Below, piece by piece: positions 12,968-24,746 of a stretch of 64,000 bases of DNA. The stretch covers positions 8,866,001 to 8,930,000 of the forward strand of contig OZ076410.1 of assembly GCA_964187785.1 (NCBI GenBank), read 5' to 3'. Within the stretch, counting starts at the first letter, position 1; the number at the start of each line of letters is the position of its first letter. Under the pieces are notes generated by a model. It was not told where the DNA came from and ran no database searches. It worked only from the letters and a program-made list of their open reading frames with translations. The translations under genes were made by a program, and so were the position numbers. This DNA comes from Amphiscolops sp. MND2022. Taxonomy: Eukaryota.

Positions 12968-14016
12968 GTTTTTCTCCAATTTTGTTCGGTCTTTTCCGCT
13001 AAATTTCACATTATTTGTTGAGCTTTAGATATGGCACCGATTTAGGCGGTTCCCGGCTTGTTTTAATCTAAGACCGGACTGTTGAGTGCTCACTTGTTGA
13101 GATCTGTTAGAGTGTGTATATCCAATGCGTCAAAAAGGAAAGGAAGCGACTGCAGTAAAAATTTAACGTCTTCAAAGCCGGAGTTGACTTCCTTAATTTA
13201 AAGGTGTGAGTCTGTAAATTGAGCAGAATTACACTGAAGTTTCAGAACTGATCCTACCCCAATGATCATAATTTCAATTTCTCCAGCAAATCATTTTTGT
13301 TTCCTAATAGAACTTGCGCGCAGTACAAACAGTACCATCGCTTCGTTTTCAATTTTTGGCTCTCGGACTTGAATTGGTCTAATTAAAACAAGTCGGTGCT
13401 TTACTTAAGGCTCAAAAAGCGCAATTTTTCTAAAATATGCTGAGGACTGTTTCTGTGAAAAACTCACAAAAAGGTGTCGAAACATCCAAAGAGCGCTTTT
13501 CGTGCTCGGAAAAGGCTTCAAAACTTCGGATATAGCGTGCTGGACCACATGGCAGCGCTTCTCATGAATCTCGGCTTTCTCATCAGTAAAACGCCACTTA
13601 CTTCGGATATAACGTCAAAAATTCGGATAGTATTGAAAAAGTCTCACAGTGGCAAAAAACATCAAAAGGTAGACCTTTACTCTCGTCCGGTTTTGTATGT
13701 TACATTGAAACGGAAACAAGACGGGACCGGTCCAAGTCGGCGCCATATGTTCGCAACTTTCGAAATATGACTCATAACTTCTAAAGTATGATTCAAAATA
13801 TCAAAACGTATTGTGACTTGTTTTATGTCTTGTATTCCATTGACAAATGCATGATATTATCTTCATTATTCTGCAATCTCAACACATGAATGTCTCAAAT
13901 AAATGAATCTCTTTTTGTAACTATGATTTTTCGCCTGAACAAGCAGGATGGTCCGCTGAAATGAAGAAAACAAGAGTCCGTGATTATTATAACTGAGCAC
14001 CGGCGAGACAATTTTT

Positions 14017-14029
14017 TGGTGCGCCGACC
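14017..14029 (+). promoter_or_regulatory. Primer-binding site of element 1 (tRNA-Gly-like by inference)
   Basis: TGGTGCGCCGACC is complementary to ...GGUCGGCGCACCA, which resembles eukaryotic tRNA-Gly 3' ends. Not checked against the host tRNA set. Confidence 0.55.
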
Positions 14030-14371
14030 TCCCCGGACATCTAAAGACTACAGTCCCAAGATTTTTACCCGTCTTCAAAAACCTCTTAGTTCCAATAAGA
14101 ACCTATTGACATAGTGAATGAGGGGATTCTGAAATTCGAATTTACGATATTTTAGATTTGAACAGAAGTGAGATTTTACAACTTTTTACGATAGTTTATT
14201 CCATAGGTGGATATTTTTGCCGAGTTAATTATAAAACTGAATTGCGGAATTTTTTGTGAAACTGGTTCAAGTAAAGTTGGCATTGCATACTTGATCAAAT
14301 ATTCAATACCCTTGTCCAAATGACCATTTTGAGAGGTTTCTGAATGTCTGCACCAAGACAGTCACGTTATC

Positions 14372-15106
14372 ATGTCTACAGAACTTCATCCACGAAAACC
14401 CTTTTGATTGCCGACTCACAGGCAAGGAATTTGGAAGCAGGCAATTTAAATATACTTTCTCTCTCTGCCTTTTGCTTGTGTCCGGCACGTCTACAATTTT
14501 ATTCCCCCCAAATATATTTTTGACATCATCATTCTTTTTGATGGGGGAAACGATTTATATTTTTTCAAAAACCCAACTACGACACCTGCCCTTCAAGTGT
14601 CGCACGAGATTACAGATCTTGCAAATCTCTTGTGCGATCGTGCCAAAGTAGTTTACGTTCTTGGCATCCCTGAATGAAACGAAAATAAAGTACGTTCGAA
14701 GCAAGTAAACGATTTCTTGCAATCAGTAGGAGAGCGCAAGACCAAAGACCAGCACCTCGTTACGTGGAGGTATCGAACTGTAGCCCGATATATCACTGGG
14801 GCCCGTTGTTTTCATCCCCACCACGCCACACACCTCAACGAAAACGGTCTCAATAACCTTAGAAATCTTTTTGAAGAAAAAATCCTATACAAAACCTACA
14901 AAAAGGAGCTGAACAAGCGTGGTAATGACAAATTCGTTGATTGTAAAAGAGATGAGTGCCAGTGTCCATGCAGTGACTGGTGCAAATATACCCCACAGCC
15001 TTTAAATGTTAGAATTTTCAACTTTTGCTTTCACTTAAAGGTTACCTTGAGGTTCCGCTTAGTGAATTTAAAGTTGAAATTTTGCTTTTTTTGTGTGTCT
15101 GAGTAG
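14372..15106 (+). pseudogene. SGNH/GDSL-hydrolase-like accessory ORF of element 1 (frameshifted, one TGA)
   Basis: Block I TLLIADSQARNL (Ser codon 14416). After a frameshift near 14470, block III DIIILFDGGNDL, then VVYVLGIPE*; TGA at 14675 is probably from CGA. Block V HHATHLNENGL lies in the 14717 ORF. Confidence 0.75.
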
Positions 15107-15321
15107 CTAAAGGTTACCTTGAGGTTCCACCAGCTATCTCAGATCACTTTCACAGTAGCTCTGCGCATCAAGACTACTACAAGAAAAGGCATCTCATGTA
15201 CTGCTTGTGAAATCTGCTTACTTCAACAGCCTTTTTACTGTTGCTTCTTGATTCCCGGAAGGCTGATAGCGACCTTGAAAAGTCACTGTCATAGTCCCCC
15301 TTTACACGTTGATCTACCTCG

Positions 15322-16713
15322 ATGATGACGGATCCCATTCATTCATCCAATCCTTTACGAGCTGATGAAAAACGACTTTCAAGGGTTATGGGTGCGCTCA
15401 AGGGTGCCTTCACAAAGCTCGAAAAGAAAGTGGATGACTTCTTAACTACGGTGATTGCAACGCCAAATCAACTGGTTGAAGCCGAAGCACTTCTAAAGAC
15501 GCTTCAAGACAAGATTCAAGTCATCCATTGGTATGACGCTGAGATAGAACTACTTCTTGATGATGATGATCAACTGTCTCAAGACACGGAGCTTTCGACA
15601 CAGTTCCATCACAACGCAAGTGTGGCTGTTGCACGTTTGTCGGCCCTGACTGACACATATAAGAGACAATCAGAAGCCACGGTGAACTCTCCACGTACAT
15701 CTACAAACGATGGGAGCCAGAATTCAAGCAAACTGAAACTCCCGAAACTTCAACTTCCATCATTTACGGGTTCTTATATGGACTGGATGAGCTTTGCCGA
15801 CCTTTTCAAAGCATCAGTCGACTCCAACAACCAACTATCAAACTCTGAGAAGTTGAACTATTTAATGGTTTGTGTCAAAGGAGAAGCAGCCAAGCTGATT
15901 AGCTCAGTTACGATCACTGATTTTAACTACGAAATCGCTTGGGAACTCCTGCACGAACGCTATGAAAACAAAAGGAGCATTGTTCAAGCCCATTTACAAG
16001 CAATTTGGGTTCAATGTTCTCTGAAGTCTGAATCCTCAACCGGTCTGAGAAAACTACTTGAAACAGCAAACGAGAATCGCAGAGCCTTGACGGAACTGGG
16101 ACAACCAGTGGAGCATTGGGACGCAATTGTCGTTCATTCTCTGTCTGAGAAGATGGATCCCGAGTCACGCAAGCAGTGGCAGCTGGACCATCCCGGAACA
16201 GACCTCCTCACATGGAAACAGCTTTGAAAGTTCCTCGATACTCGAAGCCGTGCACTCGAGATTGGTGGTTCCAAGCCATCAGGTCAAGTAAACACAACTC
16301 AAAACCCCCAACGGCCTGATAAGCGAATCCAATCATATTCGGTATCCAGTCCATCGTGCGAAAATTGTAGTGAGGATCACAAGTTGAATTCTTGTCCTCA
16401 GTTCAAAGCCATGTCAGTTGCCAATCGACATCAATTCGTCAAACGAAAAAGACTCTGTTTCAACTGTCTCCATCCTGATCACTCTTCCAAAGATTGCCAG
16501 TCAAAGTTCTCTTGCCGCGAATGTAAGATGAAGCACCACACACTGCTCCATCGAACTCGAAAACCTTCCAATCCACCACAAGTCGGTGACAACGGGAGAA
16601 ACACTTTTCAAGCAAGCGGTAGTTCGGCGTCTCAGAAAGACTCCAACTCTAAGTTCACAACAGGGCATTTGAACACTGATAGTCAGACGATACAGTACTT
16701 CTCTCCACTGTAG
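15322..16713 (+). pseudogene. gag: Element 1 gag (DUF1759-like region and zinc knuckles)
   Basis: KLPKLQLPSFTGSYMDWMSF motif; in-frame TGA at 16225. Cys/His knuckles CENCSEDHKLNSC, CFNCLHPDHSSKDC and CRECKMKHHTLLH. Confidence 0.88.
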
Positions 16714-16751
16714 TTGTCTCTATACGAAATGGGAGTGGTGAGCCAATCAGA

Positions 16752-19700
16752 ATGCGAGCACTCTTGGATTCCGGGTCCCAAGCCAGTTTTATCACTGCAA
16801 ACATGGCGAAGGCCCTAATGCTTTCGACAAGAAGTAATCAAGCCACGATTACGACATTTGGTTCAGCACAGACCCAAAAGACTTGTGGAACTTTGTCGAC
16901 CACAATCAATGAAACAGTAGATGTCAGTTTGCATCTGATTTCAAAAATTACCAATGTGATACCCTCTCGGGAGATCGATATTTCACAAATTAGACACATC
17001 AACCGAGCTTCAACATTCCGAGCAAAGTAGATGTACTTCTAGGAGCCGATGTTGTTGAAGAAATCCTCCTCGAGAACAAAATCAAAGACAATGGACTTTA
17101 TCTAAGAGACTCCATTCTTGGCTGGGTGGTATCCGGTCCAGTCGCGACCTCGGATGCACACTGCATCACAACACATCTGGCAATTTCTTCTGAAGCAGAC
17201 ACAGACCAGTTGCTGTCCAAATTTTGGGAATTGGAAAGCTTCCCCGAGCAAAAACACTCGACTGTTGATGAGCGAAAGTGTGGAGAGCATTACAAGGTCA
17301 CTACTCAACGAAATACTGAGGGAAGTTCAGTGGTCCAAATGCCATTCAAGGAGGAATCACAAAAACTTGGCTACAGTAAAGCAAATGCAATGAAGCGATT
17401 TCTTCGCTTGGAGCAGACTCTGCATCGAGATGAGTCTCTCCTCAAGAAATACTCAGCTTTCATTCAAGATTTTCTTGACCTTGGTCATCTCGAAAAAGTA
17501 GACAGCCTGGAACTGGATGTTTTCCCAAACTACTACCTCCCACATCATTGTGTGCTGAAGGAAGATAGCTCGACGACAAAATTACGTGTTGTTTTTGACG
17601 CAAGCTCGAAAACAACCACAGGCGTCTCTCTGAACGAATGTCTACTTGTCGGTCCCAAGGTTCAAGAAGACCTCATCGACATTTTGCTCAGGTTTCGCTT
17701 CTTCAAAGTTGCCATGTCAGCCGACATTGCAAGAATGTATCGGCAAGTGGAACTCTCCAAAAAAGACAAGGACTATCATCGTATATTTTGGCGATTCGAT
17801 AGGCAGCAACCAATCGACACCTACAGGATGACACGCGTAACCTACGGTGTCGCAAGCAGTTCCTTCCACGCCATTCGCTCACTCGTCGAGTGCGCAAATC
17901 TTGAAGGAGTTTCTTTTGAAGCTCAAATCTCGATAAAAAGAGACTTCTATGTTGATGGCATACTCACTGGAGCTAATTCTGTAGACGAAGCCAAGAAATT
18001 ACAATGATTTGATTGAGGCACTGAAGCAGGCTAAATTTGACCTTCGAAAGTGGACATGTAGTGAAGCCTCACTCGTTCTTTCTCTACCCCCCGAGTATAG
18101 AGAAGCCAACGACAACTTAGAATTTCTCGAAAATGACCACACCATAAAAACACTGGGGATCGTTTGAAACCCTACTCAAGATGTCTTCCTCTTCGAAGTT
18201 GCTCATGTTGAAGAAGACACATTTGACAAGAATAATGTCACAAAGCGACAAATGCTGAGTGACTCTTCTAAAATTTTCGATCCGCTCGGTTGGCTTTCTC
18301 CTGTAACAATTCAGCTCAAGCAGATGATGCGGAAGACTTGGGAAGCCAGCGCAAATTTGGATGACAAGCTCCCCGACCATTTAGTCAACATATACCTCGG
18401 ATGGCGATCAAAGTTAACTTCTCTGAAGGAAATGAAATTGAAACGATTGGTCCTCTTGGATGGATTTGCAGACAAGGTGGGTGTTCACCTGTTCTGTGAT
18501 GCCTCCGAAAAGGCATACGCTGCCTGCATTTACATTGTCGCTTCAACTAACTAGGGCAAAATAGAATCTTCTCTTCTGGTGGCCAAAACAAAAGTAGCCC
18601 CAATCAAATCTCAATCAATCCCACGTCCAGAGCTCTGCGCGGCCCTTCTCGGTGCGCGCCTCCTAAAGTCAACATCGAAAGCTACCAATCAATTGAACCT
18701 TCAAATCGGAACTCAATACGCCTGGACTGACTCAACAATCGTCTTGAGTTGGCTTTCTCGTGAACCAAGCCATTGGTCTACATTCGTGAGCAACCGGGTC
18801 TCAGAAAATCAGGGCCAAAAATCAATTGGATGGAATCACGTAAGATCTGAAGACAATCCAGCCGACCCTGCATCACGAGGCATTGATCCAGATGCAATCC
18901 AGGCACACTCAGTGTGGGGGAATGGGCCTGACTGGCTTATCACCGGAAATTTCCCTGAACCCTTTTTTCCAGACGAAGTTCTCGAAGAACAGAAAAAGGC
19001 AAAGATAATATCTTTTCACTCTTCCGCTGCTCTCGATCAAGATGCTCTCGATTTGTCAAAATTTAATCCCCTTTACAAAGCTTTACGAGTTCTTGCGTAC
19101 GTTAAACGTTTTGTATCGAAACTGAAAAAAGAGTTGAAAGACGTCCCTCGATACGTGACAGCCTCTGGACTTGCCGACTCGACGATGACATTACTGCGGC
19201 AGGAACAACGCAAGGCATACAGTGAAAAAATCAAGACCCTGGAAATAGCCCCGCAAGTGAAAAAAGAAAGTAAAATCTTGAAACTTTATCCTTTCCTCGA
19301 CGATGGCGTGCTTTGTGTAGTAGGCGGAAGACTAGCCCACGCTAACTTTCCTGACGAAAGCAAGTATCAGCGTTTGATTCCGCAAAATAGTCATTTAGCC
19401 AGACTGGTTGTGTCAAACGCTCATCTGTTGACACTTCATGGAGGACTAACCCAAGTGATGGCGCACATCCGCACTCGTTTTTGGATCCCAAGCTGCCGTT
19501 CACTTGTAAGAAAGTTAGTTCTAAATTGCGTCGGCTGCAATCGATTCATTGTCAAGCCCCAATACCCCTTAATGGGAGATCTACCCAAAGAACGTGTCGA
19601 TGTCCGAACAAAAGCTTTCGAAAGTGTAGGAAGTGACTTTGCAGGCCCGTTTCTATGTCTCTCGAAAATCGGCACGGAATGTTGTCAAGTCATATATGCC

Positions 19701-20568
19701 ACTCTTTGTCTGTTTTGCAAGTAAAGCTGTGCATATCGAGGCAGTGTCCGACATGACTACACCGGCATGCTCCGCAGCCTTGAGAAGATTCGTTGCCAGA
19801 AGAGGGTGCCCGAAGACCACTTACAGCGACAATGGAAGCAACTTTATTGGAACCCGAGCAGAGATCTCACAATTGCAAAAAATCTTGAAGGCCGAACATG
19901 AAGATTCCTTACAAACCGTTGCAGCTGGCCTCCTAATCAATTGGGCCTTCATACCTCCAAGAGCTCCGCATTTTGGAGGTCTGTGGGAGTCCGCAATCAA
20001 GCGAGCGAAGCAACATCTACGAAAGGTGATGGGCAACAAGGTACTTTCGTTTGAAGAACTAACCACACTCTTTTGCCAAATTGAGTTGATTTTGAACTCA
20101 CAACCGATTTGCCCGCTCTCTGAAGATCCCAACGATGACACAATTTTGACTCCTGCCCACTTGTGTCTTGGTGGTAAGCTTGAATCACTGCCGCTCAAGG
20201 AAAGTGTTGTTATTCCCAGATCCGAAACAATCGATGACGGGAGTGACGCAACGTCAGTCAAAAAGTGGACTCCTTTGCAAAATCTAACCATCCACTTCTG
20301 GAAAAGGTGGACAAAAGTGTATGTGACGTCCCTCCAGGAACGCAATAAATGGAAACAAGAGACTTCCAATCTAAAAGTGGGTGATGTCGTCTACGTGTCT
20401 GACGATAACACACCTCTTCAGTGGCCCCTAGCAAGAGTATCTTATGTCTACAGTGGCCCTGACAAGTATGTTCGAGTGGTAAAAATCAAGACGGCCAACG
20501 GAACATACAACAGATCAGTCCACAAACTGCGAAAACTCTTTGGCAACCGGCAAAACGATAATCACTAA
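16752..20568 (+). pseudogene. pol: Element 1 pol (protease, RT, RNase H, integrase), fragmented
   Basis: ALLDSGSQ (protease); YYLPHHCV...KLRVVFDAS and RDFYVDGIL (RT, YVDD mutated to YVDG); HLFCDASEKAY (RNase H); SDNGSNF and HFGGLWESAIK (integrase). Several stops and frameshifts. Confidence 0.92.
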
Positions 20569-20989
20569 AAAACTTTAATCAACAACAAACTTGTAGTTTT
20601 GATTTTCCTTTGTTTCAAATGTTTCGCTTAATTTCCTATAGGAAATCAAGGCGGGCGGTATGTTCGCAACTTTCAAAATAAGACTCATAACTTTTAAAGT
20701 ATGATTCAAAATATCAGAACGTATTGTGACTTGTTTTATGTCTTAAATTCCATTGACAAATGCGTGATATTATCTTCATTATTCTGCAATTTCAACACAT
20801 GAATGACTCAAATGAATGAATCTCTTTTTGTAACTATGATTTTTCGCCTGAACAAGCAGGATGGTCCGCTGAAATGAAGAAACTAAGAGTCCGTGATTAT
20901 TATAACTGAGCATCGGCGAGACCACCATATCTAAGGCTCAAAAGTAGCAAAAGGACTTCAAAATGTCAAAGTATTGGTGAATTGGGAAC

Positions 20990-21290
20990 CCTTTCATGGG
21001 AAAAAAATTTGAAAAAAAAGAAGTCTCACAATGCCAAAAAACTGAGAGGGAGGACATTTTGGGACTTTTCAACATTCATTCTGTCGCAAAACTCCAAAAC
21101 AAATTGAACGGGGGACCCTTTGGTGGAAAAGGGGGATCTTTTAGACTCGCCCGGTAAAGTATGTTACGCGGAAAAAGGTATGAACTTTTTTGGTTCAGTT
21201 CCCTGGGCCAAAAGGTGCAATACAAAAGTTTGTAGAACTTTTGGTGGAAGTATTGTGGTCACTTCAAGTGTATCGAACAAACATTTTCAA
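20990..21290. repeat. Copy of a dispersed repeat family
   Basis: AACATTCATTCTGTCGCAAAAC matches the reverse complement of GTTTTGCGACAGAATGGATGTT near 36530. Related blocks occur at 36430-36700, near 885-900 and about 59320-59400. Confidence 0.55.
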
Positions 21291-21309
21291 AAACACTGAC
21301 AAAAAGCCA

Positions 21310-22212
21310 TGACTATAGTGGCTCTTTTCGTTGGTCTCGTAGCCTGACGTGGCCAGTCCGGTAGTTTAGTAGTGTCGTAATCACTTTCACTCATTTGGGG
21401 CTCCACTGAGTCGTCCCAGTTTGTATAGATCCGATTACTTAATTTAAATTCAGTTTTGGGGCTATTTGCCGTCATTTCTCGAGCGATTCCAACTTCAGGC
21501 TCCCTGTGTTGCCCACAGGACCGTCGGTCCACCACGGTGAAAATTCCCTTTCATGCATTCCCAGAGTATTTTGAATAGTAGGACGCACCTTTTCAGCAAC
21601 TGCAGTGATCAACGCTTCTAATAACTGAGAAGTTAAATCAGATCTGATCTCATCTAATTTTCTAGTAATCTGGGCGGTAATTTCATTGTTGATCATCCTA
21701 GCAGTTTCAGTAGATAATTCACTATTTTCTCTAAAATTTGTATTTAGAAAAGACGTGAAATTCTTGGTGTTTAAGTTGTTATTTCTAAGCAGTTCATCAG
21801 ACTCTAAGTCTTCATCCAAATGACTATATATCTCAATTCTAGAGTAAAATCCCACAAATTATCAACATTTTTTATATCAGATATTACGTCTGATTGTCTA
21901 GAACGCTTCTCTTTAGCCTTTTGCTTTCTAGTAGAAGGTATTTGGAAGGGTATCTGCTCTTCAAGAATCAATTTCTGAACAATTCAGAGAAAGCGTCAGT
22001 TTACACTCATGTAAGAAATATAGATTTTTTGCAACAGAGATATTAACTGATAGCAATCAAAGTGTCAGTATCAAATTCGAAAGAGATTGTGTTCTCAGGA
22101 CAACGGGTTCCCTCAGTTTTTACTTAGCAAACCATCACAAGCAGAACCATACCTGTCCTGTTACTCAAAAAATCTGCTAGGGTTTTACAGAAAGTGAGCC
22201 ATTTGGGTGACA
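21310..22212 (-). mobile_element. Solo-LTR-like fragment with decayed MPSTR(K/R)QKAK-family ORF
   Basis: Minus strand (I)PSTRKQKAKEKRSRQSDVISDIKNVDN...ITAQITRKLDEI...LITAVAEKVRPTIQ matches ORF 39542-40105. Minus-strand ends are TGTCACCC...ATAGTCA. No TSD found, so boundaries are tentative. Confidence 0.45.
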
Positions 22213-22860
22213 TAAACATTACGTTATGGTTATATTTATACTATATATAGCAATAAAAGGATTTGCGGTATAAAAGGTAGTCAGTCCCCTTGGTCTAAAC
22301 TTGACATGAAATCTACAAATTTACTGTTTACATGCTTGTAAAGATTGATAACACCACTTCATGTACTCTAGTACGAAAGCAAATAGTAGGCGTCTAATTT
22401 CACAGTGATGGAAGTATAGTCCGTCAGGCGAGAGGAAGCATATCTGAGCTGAGCTCTGATTGCATAATTGCGCTTGGAACAGCGCGTACTTTTGACTAGA
22501 AAACCATTTAAACGCGTTTCGTACTATTGTATTGCATGCTATTGATTCATTCTAATATAGCAAACTTTTACATTTTCAGTTTAATTGCATTTAACCTTTC
22601 ATTCATCAACAGTATTCCACCGATACAACAGGCACATGATTGATTAATTACGAATAAAATGTAGCTCCGTGTGTGAAGATACTTTTTTTTACTGTAGCCG
22701 TCCGGACTGAAGGTCCACATGGTTAAAATGGGAAATAACCAATGGGGATTAATTCACATGTAGCCGAATGTACTGTAAGTCATTGCGGTTTAAATGGGTT
22801 GAACTCCTGGTGGGGTCTGTTAACTTCGTAGTGTTCTGGCGGAATTTGATAATACTTCTC

Positions 22861-22888
22861 GTCGCAGGCGGCAGCCTGCGACAAGTAG
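22861..22888 (+). repeat. GC hairpin resembling a Helitron 3' end
   Basis: GTCGCAGGC-GGCA-GCCTGCGAC followed by AAGTAG. The same hairpin occurs at 41171-41190 and 49073-49096. Confidence 0.5.
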
Positions 22889-23277
22889 TTTCTGTAAAAA
22901 GTGTCCACGCATACATTCTGCTATCTGACGAGAAAAAAATTGCCAGTGTAACAGTCGCGCCCATTTTCTAGTGAAATGCGCCGACTAAAAAGAAGCTTCT
23001 TATGAGCTCAGGGTTCTTTTTTAAAAAGTTTTCGATAACAAGATTTCTCCGGTTTTATTTGTATCAGACACCAATAACTTTTCAAACACTTTGCGCTTTT
23101 TGAGTTTTACACTGGGGCAACATGGACATTTTGTTCATATTTTTGAGGTCATGTAGAGGAAATTTTTCATTTATGTAAAAAAAGCTCTTGGTTGAATGGA
23201 TTTTTTGAGTTTCGAATAAATTTGATAACAAAGTTATTTCTCTATTTGTTTATTTTTCAGTTCACGTTTTTTTTCAG

Positions 23278-23689
23278 GTGGAGCAAGCGTCCAATACCAC
23301 TGTTTAAATGCAAACAGCTCCCAATATTTCCAAAACGCCATTATTTCCAGCGGGGTGCTCACAACGCGTTGGAGTGTGCAAACAAAAGCAGTCCATAGGA
23401 AGTGCCTAAAAGACGCCTTGCAGTTTTTGGGGTACAGAGCTCCCTTGGACAGTGAAAACGTTCTCACTTTTTTACAATCTCTTCCGGTCGAGCGGTTTGA
23501 GGACTTGTTGCATGATAACTTGGAATGGGATTTCCAGTTCCATCCAGTGGAGTCCGAGGACCTCAATATTAGTAAACTGGACTCATGCTCGCTTTCCAGA
23601 AAACCAATTCTCGTGGGCGTCACAGCGGAAGAAGGAACCTTAATCCCAGATACGTTCTTTCCCAGAGAGGACATGTCTAGACAAACACG
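23278..23689 (+). CDS. Carboxylesterase exon 2
   Basis: Acceptor TTTTCAG at 23277. Splicing restores GCSAG-GASVQYHCL...YFQNAIISSG in frame. Contains GVTAEEG (catalytic Glu). Donor GTACAA at 23690. Confidence 0.88.
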
Positions 23690-24241
23690 GTACAATTTTT
23701 AGTCGAATTTTGACGTTATAACCGAAGTAAATAGTGTTATACTAAAAAAGCGTCGGCGGTTCCTCGATTTTTCGTTTTTTGAGAGGTTTTCAGTAGAGCA
23801 AGATAGTTTTTTTTGTTGTTTCCAGTTGGGGAAAAAGTGGTTTTCGAGTCTTATGTGTATCCCTTGGGGTATTTTTGGCACTCTAAAATTGATGAAAGCA
23901 TATATTAAAAAACAATTTTTTGAACCTTGAGCGGGGCGCCAACTTGGGCCGTTCCCGGTTTGTTCAAGAATGTGATGTCACTATGAAATTCTGAACCTAT
24001 ATTACAACAATATTGTGTGTGATCATAGTTTTTGGTGTAATAACGATATTCGACTGTCAATTCACAAAAAAAACTATTCGCATTGAGAAAAACTTTGAGT
24101 CGACAGGTTTTCAGAAATGTTTTTAAATAGATTGCTACTTTTATATGACAAAAAATGATAAAGAAGGATTCAATGTTCTATTGTACTTTCCCCTTCACTA
24201 GATACTACTGCAACTAAAACTCTAAATTTTTCCAATTTCAG

Positions 24242-24746
24242 TATCAGAAAAGCGTTTGGACTTGGAGCCGCCGAATACCTGTTCTACCAACCAGCCAGAA
24301 AATTTTGCCGACAACTAACTAGTCTACCTGGTTTACCATACCCCCTCTACTGCTGTGTATTTGACTACAACTGCCAAACTCGGGCTCCCATGTTTCCCGA
24401 GAGCACCTTCCTTAAAAGGTACGGGAAGTATCACTCACTTGACACAATGTTCTTTTTGGGTCATTTCTCTCTTGGATCATACTCGGTGCCAGCTGCGAAT
24501 GACCTTGACCGCTTCGTGAACAATGTTTTAGCCGAAGTCGTTGATCAGTTTTTGTACGCTCAGGGCGACAATGCGAATATAGAGTTACCAGTTTACGAGG
24601 AAAAGACTCGCAAATTCGTTCGCATCACAGAAAATGGCATCAAAGTAGCACAAGGCAAACGATTCCCTGGGAAAATTAGCTTGCTCGGCTGCATACAGGC
24701 ATTGGCTGCATACGAACTCCTCAGAGCTTTCCCAGGGAAGTTATAG
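24242..24746 (+). CDS. Carboxylesterase exon 3 (terminal)
   Basis: Acceptor TTTCAG at 24241, in frame with ORF 24390-24746. EYLFYQPARKF and LYCCVFDY, then GKYHSLD (catalytic His). The three exons total 1563 nt, or 520 aa plus stop. Confidence 0.85.

Larger units (their letters stand above)
13748..20924 (+). mobile_element. Full-length but decayed BEL/Pao LTR retrotransposon, element 1 (7177 bp)
   Basis: LTRs 13748-14010 and 20661-20924 (TG...CA, about 14 differences in about 264 bp). TSD CCATA. PBS TGGTGCGCCGACC at 14017; PPT AAGGCGGGCGGTA. Domain order is gag, protease, RT, RNase H, integrase. Confidence 0.95.

Noticed and set aside
14372-15106. SGNH ORF captured from the host carboxylesterase gene it sits in
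   Set aside because: SGNH and alpha/beta-hydrolase folds are unrelated, and no shared sequence was seen.
20568-20660. env-like gene in either BEL/Pao element
   Set aside because: The integrase-to-3' LTR gaps are only about 90 bp (element 1) and about 160 bp (element 2).
10876-24746. Acetylcholinesterase call
   Set aside because: GCSAG instead of GESAG, no signal peptide, and no choline-binding Trp motif.
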